From IMG/VR virus record IMGVR_UViG_3300029986_000019, positions 1-61,690 of that record: a DNA stretch of 61,690 nucleotides; one strand, given 5' to 3'. Within the stretch, counting starts at the first letter, position 1; every line of letters begins with the position of its first letter. The position numbers and the translations under genes are program-made. Positions 18,626 to 26,978 of the stretch are shown here, piece by piece. The stretch comes from a virus. Lineage: Duplodnaviria; Caudoviricetes. Below the pieces are notes generated by a model. The model saw nothing but the letters and a program-made list of their open reading frames with translations, was not told the DNA's origin and did no database searches.

Positions 18626-19723
18626 CTAATCCTCTATCATAGTCAACTCTTTGAAAAGAGTGTCTCGTTTAGTGTAGCCTATAGTGTCACCATAAGCACA
18701 GATGTTAAGGTACTCACATGGCTTGCGAAACATAGAGCAGCTTTTAGATTGCTTCACACTTGGCTCTAAGCCTCTGTCCCACATGTACATTCTTGTTAAC
18801 CAATGATTAAGTTCAACATTCCTGAACTCTTCTATCTCTCTAGGGTATAGTCTAACTCTGTACCTACAAAAATACTCATCACCTTTCTTTACTAAGTCAT
18901 CCTCAACTCTAGCTAGAAATTGTGGAATACTTTCAGGCTTACGATTGTAAGTTCCTTTGAAAATCAATCCGGGGCGTTTTATTAAGTTGTATATGACACC
19001 TGCGGGATACTCGCCATACTTCTCATAGATAGCTAAAGCGTAGGTATTGACTTGAAGTTCATAGCCCATCTTCTCAGTAATGGCTTGACATGAGACTTTA
19101 CCGTTCTTATTAATCATCTCAGCTATTTCAGCTTTTGTTTTGTGCTCGACAAGATAAAGTCTACCATTGTAACGAACTAGACCATCTATCTTACCTCTAA
19201 CCCTAATAGGAACTACTAAATCACAACCACCAACCCCTAAATAAGGCATACTAACGTGTATAGTGTAATCAAAGATTTCTTCAACAGCTATCCACTCTAG
19301 CTTGCTATCATCTTTCTGCCAACGTCTGAAGTAGTATGGAAGTACGGTTCCACACATTCCCCATAGACGTTCAAACTCTTGTTCTTGTGATGGTGTTAAC
19401 TCTTGGCTCTCTAGAGTATCTGTGTACCATTGCTCTAAAGCCTGCTCACATAACTCTTCCCAGAAAAGAAGATTGCTGTCCCGTTTTAAAATGCCGTGAC
19501 CTATTCTCTGGGAGTAAACTGTATCCAGCACTCCATGAAATAGAGACCCGAAATCTAAAGCAGGATTGTATTGTCCATGGTCTAGTCCTAACTTTAGTTT
19601 ATACTTAGCCTTCATTGAACAGTCTATGAAAGTCTGTATACCACTTTGTGTAATACCGTCACGGGGCAGACTAAAGAATACACTTGGTTGTTTAGGTTTG
19701 GGTTTGAACTTTACGGGTTTCAT
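18626..19723 (-). CDS. Cas4/AddB/RecB-like PD-(D/E)xK exonuclease
   Basis: FIDCSMK, FGSLFH, RGKIDGL..LVEHKT, QVNTY, and C-terminal C..CEY..IC (putative Fe-S cysteines). Confidence 0.85.
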   Translation of the reverse strand: MKPVKFKPKPKQPSVFFSLPRDGITQSGIQTFIDCSMKAKYKLKLGLDHGQYNPALDFGSLFHGVLDTVYSQRIGHGILKRDSNLLFWEELCEQALEQWYTDTLESQELTPSQEQEFERLWGMCGTVLPYYFRRWQKDDSKLEWIAVEEIFDYTIHVSMPYLGVGGCDLVVPIRVRGKIDGLVRYNGRLYLVEHKTKAEIAEMINKNGKVSCQAITEKMGYELQVNTYALAIYEKYGEYPAGVIYNLIKRPGLIFKGTYNRKPESIPQFLARVEDDLVKKGDEYFCRYRVRLYPREIEEFRNVELNHWLTRMYMWDRGLEPSVKQSKSCSMFRKPCEYLNICAYGDTIGYTKRDTLFKELTMIED

Positions 19724-19901
19724 AGCTTAATCCTTTATCTAACACTTTGTTAGTTCTCTCTAGTAATCGTTGGTAAGGTAGGTGCTTGAGTAAAGCGCCT
19801 CTATCTTCTTCTCTACCTGTTCTACTGTGTTGGCATAACATCTCATAGAATATGCAGTAGAGTAACTGTAGTACTAGTATCTGAAATACTGTTAGTTTCA
19901 T
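19692..19901 (-). CDS. Hypothetical protein
   Basis: 69 aa, ATGA-coupled to the upstream gene. Confidence 0.55.
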   Translation of the reverse strand: MKLTVFQILVLQLLYCIFYEMLCQHSRTGREEDRGALLKHLPYQRLLERTNKVLDKGLSYETRKVQTQT

Positions 19902-20248
19902 TTTGGTTTCTTCTTCATGGTGAACCGTTTCTTTTCTGGGAGTAAATTACTATGTTGTCGTTCCATTGGTGACATAGGTTCAAACTCTAGTTCTGTTTGG
20001 GTAAATGGTCTGATCTTTACTTTAGTTCTACGCTTTAGTTCTACAGCTGCTGAGACAACATTAAAGAGTTCATTAAAGTCTAGTGTCTGTGAGTAATCTT
20101 TACTGCTATCTTGTGAGCATAGTCTGACACAGAGACCATCTTCAGTTAAGTGTAGATCCATGTACCTGTTAAGATCACCTACGGTGGCTTGAATGAACTT
20201 GTCAGAGTACATAGTAACATTGATGTACGGGTTTGTTTGTTGGGCCAT
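19898..20248 (-). CDS. Hypothetical protein
   Basis: 116 aa; basic C-terminal tail KKRFTMKKKPK. Confidence 0.65.
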   Translation of the reverse strand: MAQQTNPYINVTMYSDKFIQATVGDLNRYMDLHLTEDGLCVRLCSQDSSKDYSQTLDFNELFNVVSAAVELKRRTKVKIRPFTQTELEFEPMSPMERQHSNLLPEKKRFTMKKKPK

Positions 20249-20253
20249 AGTGT

Positions 20254-21027
20254 TTACTCTGCAAAATAGTCATCTAAAGTGTAGTTAGGGTTAGGAATAG
20301 GCATTCCGTTATTTACAGTTGGTGGTTTGTATTCTCTCTCATAACCTTCAGTATGCCAGCAATCCCAATAGTGGTGGAACATACTACTTATCTGATCAAC
20401 ATATTTATGGTTATAGTCTAGACCACCTCTACGAAGTATGAAGGATGGGTGTAACAGCTTTTCTAGCCTTACAGTCATTCCTCTAACCTCTAGTTGTTCA
20501 CGTATCGTCCACATATATGATTGTGCTACATTTCCTAGAAAGACAAGAGTTAAGGGATTAAAGGCTATGATGGTGTCTAGCAGTCTTTCCATACAGTTCA
20601 TAACTTCTATATGGTCTGGTTCTCGGTTCTTTAGGCATCTAGGGTTTTTAGGATCTTCATATGGTCTACAAGCTATTAGGTTGGTCAAGCCTATAGTTAG
20701 CCTACCATAACCCCAACATGCTTTACACTTACCTACACCACAACACACAGGACACTCTACACTACCAGACAAGTCTATTGCTTTACGGAGCAAATCACCT
20801 GCCGGTCCTGTGAATGGAAATCCTGTAATGTCTTCAGTAACTCCGGGTGCTTCACCTATGAATAGATAGTGTAGTCTGTTATTCCCAAAGTCTAACACAG
20901 TCTTAGGTATGGTGTCAATAAATACGTGGTGTCTACAGTGCTCACCTATCTCACACCTAACACAATGACTATAGCCTTCAGTCACCATCTTTAGTAGATG
21001 GCTCTTGTGTCTAACTTTGAATGCCAT
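20254..21027 (-). CDS. Family 4 uracil-DNA glycosylase-like protein
   Basis: CVRC; FIGEAPG..E...G.PFTGPAG; TNLIACRP; NREP..E..C; LHPSFILR. Confidence 0.85.
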   Translation of the reverse strand: MAFKVRHKSHLLKMVTEGYSHCVRCEIGEHCRHHVFIDTIPKTVLDFGNNRLHYLFIGEAPGVTEDITGFPFTGPAGDLLRKAIDLSGSVECPVCCGVGKCKACWGYGRLTIGLTNLIACRPYEDPKNPRCLKNREPDHIEVMNCMERLLDTIIAFNPLTLVFLGNVAQSYMWTIREQLEVRGMTVRLEKLLHPSFILRRGGLDYNHKYVDQISSMFHHYWDCWHTEGYEREYKPPTVNNGMPIPNPNYTLDDYFAE

Positions 21028-21304
21028 TCTTTGGTACTCCGCACCACATGATAGGACGCCAGTTCTTGTACTCTACACATACCCTAACACCACACTCTAG
21101 TAAGTACCAACAAGATACTCCACTAGCGTTAGGAGTGCAAGATACTATCCTACTTTTATCCTTTGATCCGAGAGATACAGGAAGTAGTTTTCCTATACGC
21201 TCTTTAGCCATCGCAACTCCAGACTTTAGTTTAAACTGTCTAGTTGGAGTTGTACGTCCTGTTATCTTTCCTTTAGTGGTTGTCATAGTCACAACTTTAG
21301 CCAT
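21011..21304 (-). CDS. Hypothetical protein
   Basis: Start at MAKVV with an AAGGAG RBS. Confidence 0.6.
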   Translation of the reverse strand: MAKVVTMTTTKGKITGRTTPTRQFKLKSGVAMAKERIGKLLPVSLGSKDKSRIVSCTPNASGVSCWYLLECGVRVCVEYKNWRPIMWCGVPKNGIQS

Positions 21305-21512
21305 CTCCTTTATCCCTTTCTCTACACTCAAGACACTGATCTGGACCAACATAGATATTGCCTATGCCGTACATACTGTTATGGTATATAGGGTCTGGTA
21401 TGATCATACTACATAGTACTGTAATGGTTTCTGGTTTATCATGCCCAGATTGTCTATGCCATTTTCTAGGATTATTAAAAGCACTGGTTACAAACCGATT
21501 AGTTAAGTTCAT
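21297..21512 (-). CDS. Hypothetical small protein
   Basis: 71 aa; H..LC...CLEC pattern similar to 18374..18622. Confidence 0.55.
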   Translation of the reverse strand: MNLTNRFVTSAFNNPRKWHRQSGHDKPETITVLCSMIIPDPIYHNSMYGIGNIYVGPDQCLECRERDKGDG

Positions 21513-21527
21513 TCTTGTCCCTATACC

Positions 21528-21779
21528 CTAGTATATAACTAGTTCCCACTCATACAAAGCATCATACTTGTTGTGCTTTTGTTCTCCTAATTCATTAGTG
21601 TATTTTACATTAACACTGCCATAACCACGTCTACTAAACCCTGTAACCTCACCAATTAACTTTTGGTTGATATGAGACTTAACTACCAACCCTATCTGTA
21701 AGAACTGAGGATATCTAGATAATGATAAAACGGACAATGGGCTATTTCCTAGCTCGCCTACTTCTATTACTATTTTCAT
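21528..21779 (-). CDS. Small KOW/SH3-like protein
   Basis: LQIGLVVK..IGEVTGF..VNVKY..WELV; ATGA-coupled start. Confidence 0.55.
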   Translation of the reverse strand: MKIVIEVGELGNSPLSVLSLSRYPQFLQIGLVVKSHINQKLIGEVTGFSRRGYGSVNVKYTNELGEQKHNKYDALYEWELVIY

Positions 21780-22441
21780 TCTTGTTCCTTTTCTGTAGAG
21801 TTTGGTTGAAATACTTTTTTCACCCACAACCCTATACCTATACTATCTATACAATGAGATGAGTAAATTACAACTTCTGTGGTACCAGTACAGAGTGTAG
21901 GTTCTTCTTTTGTTCCTTTCCTGACTAGATGACTGTTAGAGGGTAACACATCATTTAGTCGTCGAGCTATCCTAGACGCTACAGCTGGCTTCTTCATTGT
22001 TCCTTTCCAACCCTCAGCACCATTAATACGTACGTAGGTTACTGATCTACACCCTAGACATAATAGCATTCGTCTAAGTTCACCTACATAGGTAGCAAGC
22101 TTAACTAGACTACTATCATCACCATTCTGTCCTGTAGCACATAGTTGCCCTTTGGCACTCTGGAAGTAGTTAGGTAGCTCTATGTAGCAGTCTAGCCAAG
22201 GAAACAGAGTATTGGTATCTCCTATGTCATTAATGTCTAGTGTTACTAGTAGAGTTTCTAGTTGATCTATTAAGTCATCAACTCTCTCTTCCCATGAGAC
22301 CTTCCTAGACTTTAGGATACCCGTTTTCTCTGGGATAAGGTATTCTTTTTTCTTCGGGTCTGTTATGTCATGCTTAAATAGAGCATAACCTGTTCCACCA
22401 GTCCCTCTAGACTGTCCAGGGTCTATACAAAGTATATACAT
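21776..22441 (-). CDS. RuvC-like Holliday junction resolvase
   Basis: ILCIDPG..TGYA, YIELP, WKG..K, H.IDSIGIG RNase H-fold catalytic pattern. Confidence 0.8.
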   Translation of the reverse strand: MYILCIDPGQSRGTGGTGYALFKHDITDPKKKEYLIPEKTGILKSRKVSWEERVDDLIDQLETLLVTLDINDIGDTNTLFPWLDCYIELPNYFQSAKGQLCATGQNGDDSSLVKLATYVGELRRMLLCLGCRSVTYVRINGAEGWKGTMKKPAVASRIARRLNDVLPSNSHLVRKGTKEEPTLCTGTTEVVIYSSHCIDSIGIGLWVKKVFQPNSTEKEQE

Positions 22442-24042
22442 TATGCTGCGTCCTTTCTTGTTCTAGTCTTGGGTTTAGTTTTAAATGACACCCGTTTGTA
22501 GAAGTTAGTTTTTATCCTAGCCATTAGCTGCTTAGCATTACGGATCTTATCTCTAGTAGCTTCAAAGTAATCTTCATCTATAGTATCTTCTGCCAGTAAG
22601 TAGATATACATCATAGTACATCCTGTCTTACGTACAGCAACTATACGATCTTCAAACTGGTTCATCTCTTCACCACTGTAAGTACAGCTATAGAAGACCA
22701 TAGTATCACAAGCTGATAAGTCTACACCATACTGAGCTACCTTCTTTATCTGAACAAGAATAACTCTAGACTTAGTAGTCGAGTTCATAAACCATTCAGT
22801 CTTCTCAACTCTAGTTTCTCTACTGTCTACACCTGTTAGAGTAGCACAAGCTATGTTCTCATGCTTCAATCTAGCAGCTACGGCATGTATCTCAGCATCA
22901 TACCTAAACCCTACAACAATAGCTTGATCCTTGAGTTCACCTTTAAGTAGGTTCACAAGTTCTGTAGTTTTGATAGCCCATTTGTATGTGCCTTCAGCAT
23001 CACATCCACCCGTAACTCTACCTAACCAAGTAAGTTGAGCTATGATATGATCAGTCTCTAGTACCCTATCAGGACTAATCTCTGCTACAAACTCATCTTC
23101 AATACGATCATAGACTTTCCTTTGTATCTCAGCCATCTTAACATATCGAGGTACTCTAACCTTTTTGACGTTAATTCCTGCCTGAAATCTGGTAAGCACA
23201 AAAGCATTATCGTGAACAGCTTGTTTAATTAAACTTTTCCCAGAGAAAGGAGTGTAGCCTTTACACTCACAGTTAGGACAACATATACGTTTGTCATACT
23301 CATTGTTGCAGTAAGTACAGAGTTCACGTTTCTTTGGTTTCCATCCCTCGTACGTCAATTCAAACATACCTAAACGGTAGTGCCAGTAGCTTTTATAGCC
23401 CATAAAGCTACCGTATAAGAACTTGAATTGTTGGAATAGATCTAGCTCACCTTCAGGTGAAGGAAGTCCAGACATTATCACTCTATGCTCTACAGTTCTA
23501 AAGTGTCTCTCGCATAGTGTGCTTATCTTAGACTTTACATTCTTGATTATAGTGCTTTCATCAAGGACTACACTAAACCATTTGAATGCAGAATTAGCTA
23601 GCCCAGGTGTAGCCCTTAGACTATCATAGTTTATCAGTATCCAAGTTCTGCCACAAGGTTTGTCAAAACCCTCTACCACAGCAGCAGCTACTCGTTGATC
23701 TAGTGTCTTGCCATGAAGTACTACGTATTGTTCACCTTCTAACTCTAGTTCTCTCTGCCATGTCTTTATAACAGACATTGGACAAACTATAAGTATAGGA
23801 TGGGGTCTACTCTCTACACCTTCTATATTAGACTTCTCAATAAGAACTCTAATTACCCCCAAACTCTTGCCTAATCTCATTTCTATGAATGATGCAAAGT
23901 GTTGACGTGGCATGGCCCAATTGTGGAAGTCCTGCTGGTAAGGGTAGTATTTACGGGTACCTGTTCTTACCAGTTTGAAACGTTTACGCCGTTGTACGGA
24001 CATTTCAGGGGGCTTTACACGTGGGTTATAGACGAACTTCAT
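22441..24042 (-). CDS. SNF2-family (SF2) helicase
   Basis: EMRLGKS, LIVCP..V..TW..E, INYD, VVLDES..IKN, MSGLP, GVDL, QFEDRI. Confidence 0.88.
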   Translation of the reverse strand: MKFVYNPRVKPPEMSVQRRKRFKLVRTGTRKYYPYQQDFHNWAMPRQHFASFIEMRLGKSLGVIRVLIEKSNIEGVESRPHPILIVCPMSVIKTWQRELELEGEQYVVLHGKTLDQRVAAAVVEGFDKPCGRTWILINYDSLRATPGLANSAFKWFSVVLDESTIIKNVKSKISTLCERHFRTVEHRVIMSGLPSPEGELDLFQQFKFLYGSFMGYKSYWHYRLGMFELTYEGWKPKKRELCTYCNNEYDKRICCPNCECKGYTPFSGKSLIKQAVHDNAFVLTRFQAGINVKKVRVPRYVKMAEIQRKVYDRIEDEFVAEISPDRVLETDHIIAQLTWLGRVTGGCDAEGTYKWAIKTTELVNLLKGELKDQAIVVGFRYDAEIHAVAARLKHENIACATLTGVDSRETRVEKTEWFMNSTTKSRVILVQIKKVAQYGVDLSACDTMVFYSCTYSGEEMNQFEDRIVAVRKTGCTMMYIYLLAEDTIDEDYFEATRDKIRNAKQLMARIKTNFYKRVSFKTKPKTRTRKDAA

Positions 24043-24116
24043 GGCCTACCTTGAAACGGAAATAAGCCGGTACCAGTTAAGGCACCGACTTTATTAAAAA
24101 TGTACTAGAGTTTAGT

Positions 24117-24455
24117 CTAGATTTTACGACCTACAATTTTATGTAGATAGTCTAGTTGATCAGGATCTAACCTATACTTTGGGTCATTCTCATTAACTAC
24201 TGTTGGGGTGGTACTAGACTTTGGATTATAGAACTGCGATAGAAACTCTATAGCCCGTTGTACACAACCACTATCGTCCATATAAAAAGAATAAAGTCTA
24301 GCTTCAAGTATGAGATAATTATAGTTGTATTCTCTGTTCTCATTATTCTCAGCAAGAAGCTTCGTGTATGACATTGGTGAAGTCATTATAATGTTAACTA
24401 TTGTTGGGCGTAACGCATCAAGAAGTATTTTAGCCTCTTCTTTAGTTAGTTCCAT
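24117..24455 (-). CDS. Hypothetical protein
   Basis: 112 aa, GGAGG RBS. Confidence 0.65.
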   Translation of the reverse strand: MELTKEEAKILLDALRPTIVNIIMTSPMSYTKLLAENNENREYNYNYLILEARLYSFYMDDSGCVQRAIEFLSQFYNPKSSTTPTVVNENDPKYRLDPDQLDYLHKIVGRKI

Positions 24456-25291
24456 TATTTTCTACCTCCCCTAAAGGCTATCTTCTTTGGAGTAGTTGGT
24501 TCAGTAAATCTAGAATCTACTACTACTTCTACTTCACCTGAACCTTTACACCTATTACATAGTGAACCTCTATACTCTCCACTACTCTTACAAGTAGGGC
24601 AATCTTTCATAAGCTTAACTCTAGGTGTAATCACTTTAGGTAGTGAAGTGAACTTTTTTGGTTCAGCAAGTTTGGCTAATCTCTCAGGATTACTTCCTTT
24701 TCCAATAGCCGCCCATCCTAAAGGCTTGGCCGGTTTATTCTCTGGGAATGATGATACTTCTTTTTTGACTGAACCTTCACCATTACAAACTACACATATC
24801 TTGCCTCGGTAGTCGCCAGAGCCTTTACACTTACTGCAATCTTCTTCGGAGGTAATAACAGGTACTATCTTACCATTACTATTCATAATGTGTGGAGTAA
24901 GACCGTTATCCTCTTTATACTGATCCCTAGCAGCACGTATAGCCTTTAGCCCTTTAGCTGTTAGTCTGTATCGCCATACTGGTACGCCTTCCCGTGGGTT
25001 AGGCTCTAGTCGGCACATATAATCCAAGAACACTAAAGCACGTACAGCATCTAGATTATCCACTTCTTCATTGAAGGTAAACCCTAGTGAAGATATTCTG
25101 ATACTAACCTCTAATGGTGTCATCCATTGGTTTTTACATAAAACCCATGAATGAATAATGTCAGTCATAAGTCTAGGCATCTTAGTATCAAACTCAATAC
25201 TAAGTATAGAGGCTGTAGATTTGTTTACCAGTATAGGTTGTTCTGGCGTTGGTTTAGAGTTTGTGATGTTTGTTTTACGAATGAACTTCAT
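24455..25291 (-). CDS. Winged-helix-like protein with two DnaJ-type zinc fingers
   Basis: WMTPLEV..VWRYRLTAKG; CSKCKGSG..CVVCNGEG and CPTCKSSG..CNRCKGSG. Confidence 0.65.
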   Translation of the reverse strand: MKFIRKTNITNSKPTPEQPILVNKSTASILSIEFDTKMPRLMTDIIHSWVLCKNQWMTPLEVSIRISSLGFTFNEEVDNLDAVRALVFLDYMCRLEPNPREGVPVWRYRLTAKGLKAIRAARDQYKEDNGLTPHIMNSNGKIVPVITSEEDCSKCKGSGDYRGKICVVCNGEGSVKKEVSSFPENKPAKPLGWAAIGKGSNPERLAKLAEPKKFTSLPKVITPRVKLMKDCPTCKSSGEYRGSLCNRCKGSGEVEVVVDSRFTEPTTPKKIAFRGGRK

Positions 25292-25474
25292 TGGATTACC
25301 TTACTTGGATTGAACAAAACGATCTACACAGTAGTTATTGAAAGCTCTGTCTGATACTGTACTGTATACTATACTATAGGCTAGAAGTATAGACATTATT
25401 AATGCTACAGCAGCACCATCACTCATTACCTCAGAGCGCCTACCCTTTAGATACCTACTCACTACTCTTTTCAT

Positions 25475-25759
25475 CTAATCTCCTTTAGTTATTCTAACGT
25501 ACAAATCAGTGTCAGATATAGCACTGAAGTTTGCTATAGTTGCTTGCCTGTTACACTTAGCACACCTAAGTCTAACTCTAGACGTGGTATGTGTTATTTG
25601 TCCAGTGTTTAGGTCAAACCCTGTTTCCTTCTCGGATGTGAAGGACCATTTACTGCTACCACACTGCCTACAAGACAATGGATCAGTAGCTAGTACCTGA
25701 GACTTTGCACCTAACAAAACGGAGCCACCTGCCACAGCCTTTATTGATGGGACTGTCAT
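25475..25759 (-). CDS. Zinc-ribbon protein
   Basis: CRQCGS...LRCAKCN. Confidence 0.65.
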   Translation of the reverse strand: MTVPSIKAVAGGSVLLGAKSQVLATDPLSCRQCGSSKWSFTSEKETGFDLNTGQITHTTSRVRLRCAKCNRQATIANFSAISDTDLYVRITKGD

Positions 25760-25840
25760 TGTTTTTTTCCTTTCATCACAAACGTTAGACGTTTAACTAT
25801 TTTTCCTTGTCGCTTGATGTCAATGAATTGTTTGGCACCC

Positions 25841-26071
25841 TTAAGTGTACGTACGGTCTTTAGGCCACCCAATAAACTCTAGGTTACTATCGTAGATGCT
25901 GTACTGGCACAACTCACCTTCTACTAGAGCAGGGAATACTCTAATGAGCCAACCCTTATACTCTATGTCCTTATGTGGTACCTTTACAGGTATTGAGATT
26001 GCACTTGACAGTAGTATAGAGTGTATTCTACCTCCACTCATGCTTTTATTAGCCCCAGACATTAGATACAC
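25841..26071 (-). CDS. Hypothetical protein (start uncertain)
   Basis: 76-aa ORF in the operon. Confidence 0.45.
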   Translation of the reverse strand: MYLMSGANKSMSGGRIHSILLSSAISIPVKVPHKDIEYKGWLIRVFPALVEGELCQYSIYDSNLEFIGWPKDRTYT

Positions 26072-26586
26072 ACCTGCACTAACTCGCTGAATACTGCGAC
26101 AAGTAACTCATATATAGGTTTCTCAAGTTCCACATTAGCATTACCTGCAATGTTTAGTGTAGTTACTTGATTGTAGATTATAAAGTCTACAATATCATCT
26201 GGGCCTATGTAACGATTATAGTTTACCATGTCCACATCATAGTATGGCTTATCGTAACGCTTTATAGCATTCAAGGTACATAACTCACCACGACTACTGA
26301 AGTTAGTGGCAAGTCTTATAGTAGCATCAGACTGCCCCACGTTCTTAAAAGTACGTGACTTATATCCTGCACTGTCATCAACCATACCATATAATTTAGC
26401 GTACTCTGGATGTAAACCATCTAGAGCCATAAACCTATTTGGCATGTTGCCACCTGTCTTAAGACCAACATGTTTAGCAGCCCTTAACCCTGCTATGTCT
26501 GCGCCTATCTGTCCACCACTTATAACAGTACTAAACTCTAGTGGTATCTTAAGTTTAGCCGTTCTTTTAATTTTGAAGTTCACCAC
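26062..26586 (-). CDS. Circularly permuted YpsA/SLOG ('molybdenum carrier') family protein
   Basis: VISGGQIGADIAGLRAA..TGG..Y..RT..NV..SDAT..GELCT..KPY..TLNIAGN. True start is probably GTG at 26586/26583 (GGAG RBS), because the longer ORF runs through the promoter. Confidence 0.8.
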   Translation of the reverse strand: MVNFKIKRTAKLKIPLEFSTVISGGQIGADIAGLRAAKHVGLKTGGNMPNRFMALDGLHPEYAKLYGMVDDSAGYKSRTFKNVGQSDATIRLATNFSSRGELCTLNAIKRYDKPYYDVDMVNYNRYIGPDDIVDFIIYNQVTTLNIAGNANVELEKPIYELLVAVFSELVQVCI

Positions 26587-26686
26587 AAACTCCTGCAAAC
26601 TAGACTTTAGGGTTACTCCGTCGTCCCTAATATGCCGGGACCATGCTTCATTCCATGCGAAATTGAGACGGAGTAACCCCGGCATA

Positions 26687-26746
26687 ATTATAGCAGAACG
26701 GTTCAAACTTGTCAAGGGATTTTGAAAAATAATTATTCTTAGATGG
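26687..26746 (-). promoter_or_regulatory. Consensus sigma70 promoter of the replication operon
   Basis: TTGACA (26710-26715)-17 nt-TATAAT (26687-26692) with an extended -10 TG. Confidence 0.9.
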
Positions 26747-26799
26747 GGAATGCTCAAAAAGTAGGGGAATATTCATGGTCGTGCATACGATTGCCGGGC

Positions 26800-26932
26800 T
26801 TAATTAACCGGTAGCTTTTACCTATAATATATACTTTTCTTCTCTGATAAATCTAAAGTATAGATATCGACGTGTCTGATAATATTATCCGGCAAAAGTA
26901 TATATTATGGGTAGAAATGGCCGGTTAATTAA
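26800..26932. repeat. Inverted-repeat element copy 2
   Basis: TTAATTAACCGGTAGCTTTTACCTATAATATATACTTT ... AAAGTATATATTATGGGTAGAAATGGCCGGTTAATTAA. Confidence 0.8.
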
Positions 26933-26936
26933 TGAC

Positions 26937-26973
26937 AAAGAAAAAGCCCGTAGAGCCTAAACTCTACGAGCAA
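26937..26973 (-). terminator. Terminator at the end of the late operon
   Basis: Minus strand GCTCGTAGAG-TTTAGG-CTCTACGGGC-TTTTTCTTT. Confidence 0.85.
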
Positions 26974-26978
26974 TTTTA

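Noticed and set aside
18626-19723. CRISPR-Cas (Cas4) system or CRISPR array
   Set aside because: No repeat-spacer array or other cas genes; the nuclease sits in a Sak4/SSB recombination module.
26590-26686. HDV/theta ribozyme
   Set aside because: Nested topology is reminiscent, but no P3/L3/P1.1 or catalytic J4/2 could be assigned.
26587-26757. N-terminal extension of the SLOG ORF
   Set aside because: It runs through a consensus promoter and leader; the RBS supports a start at ~26586.
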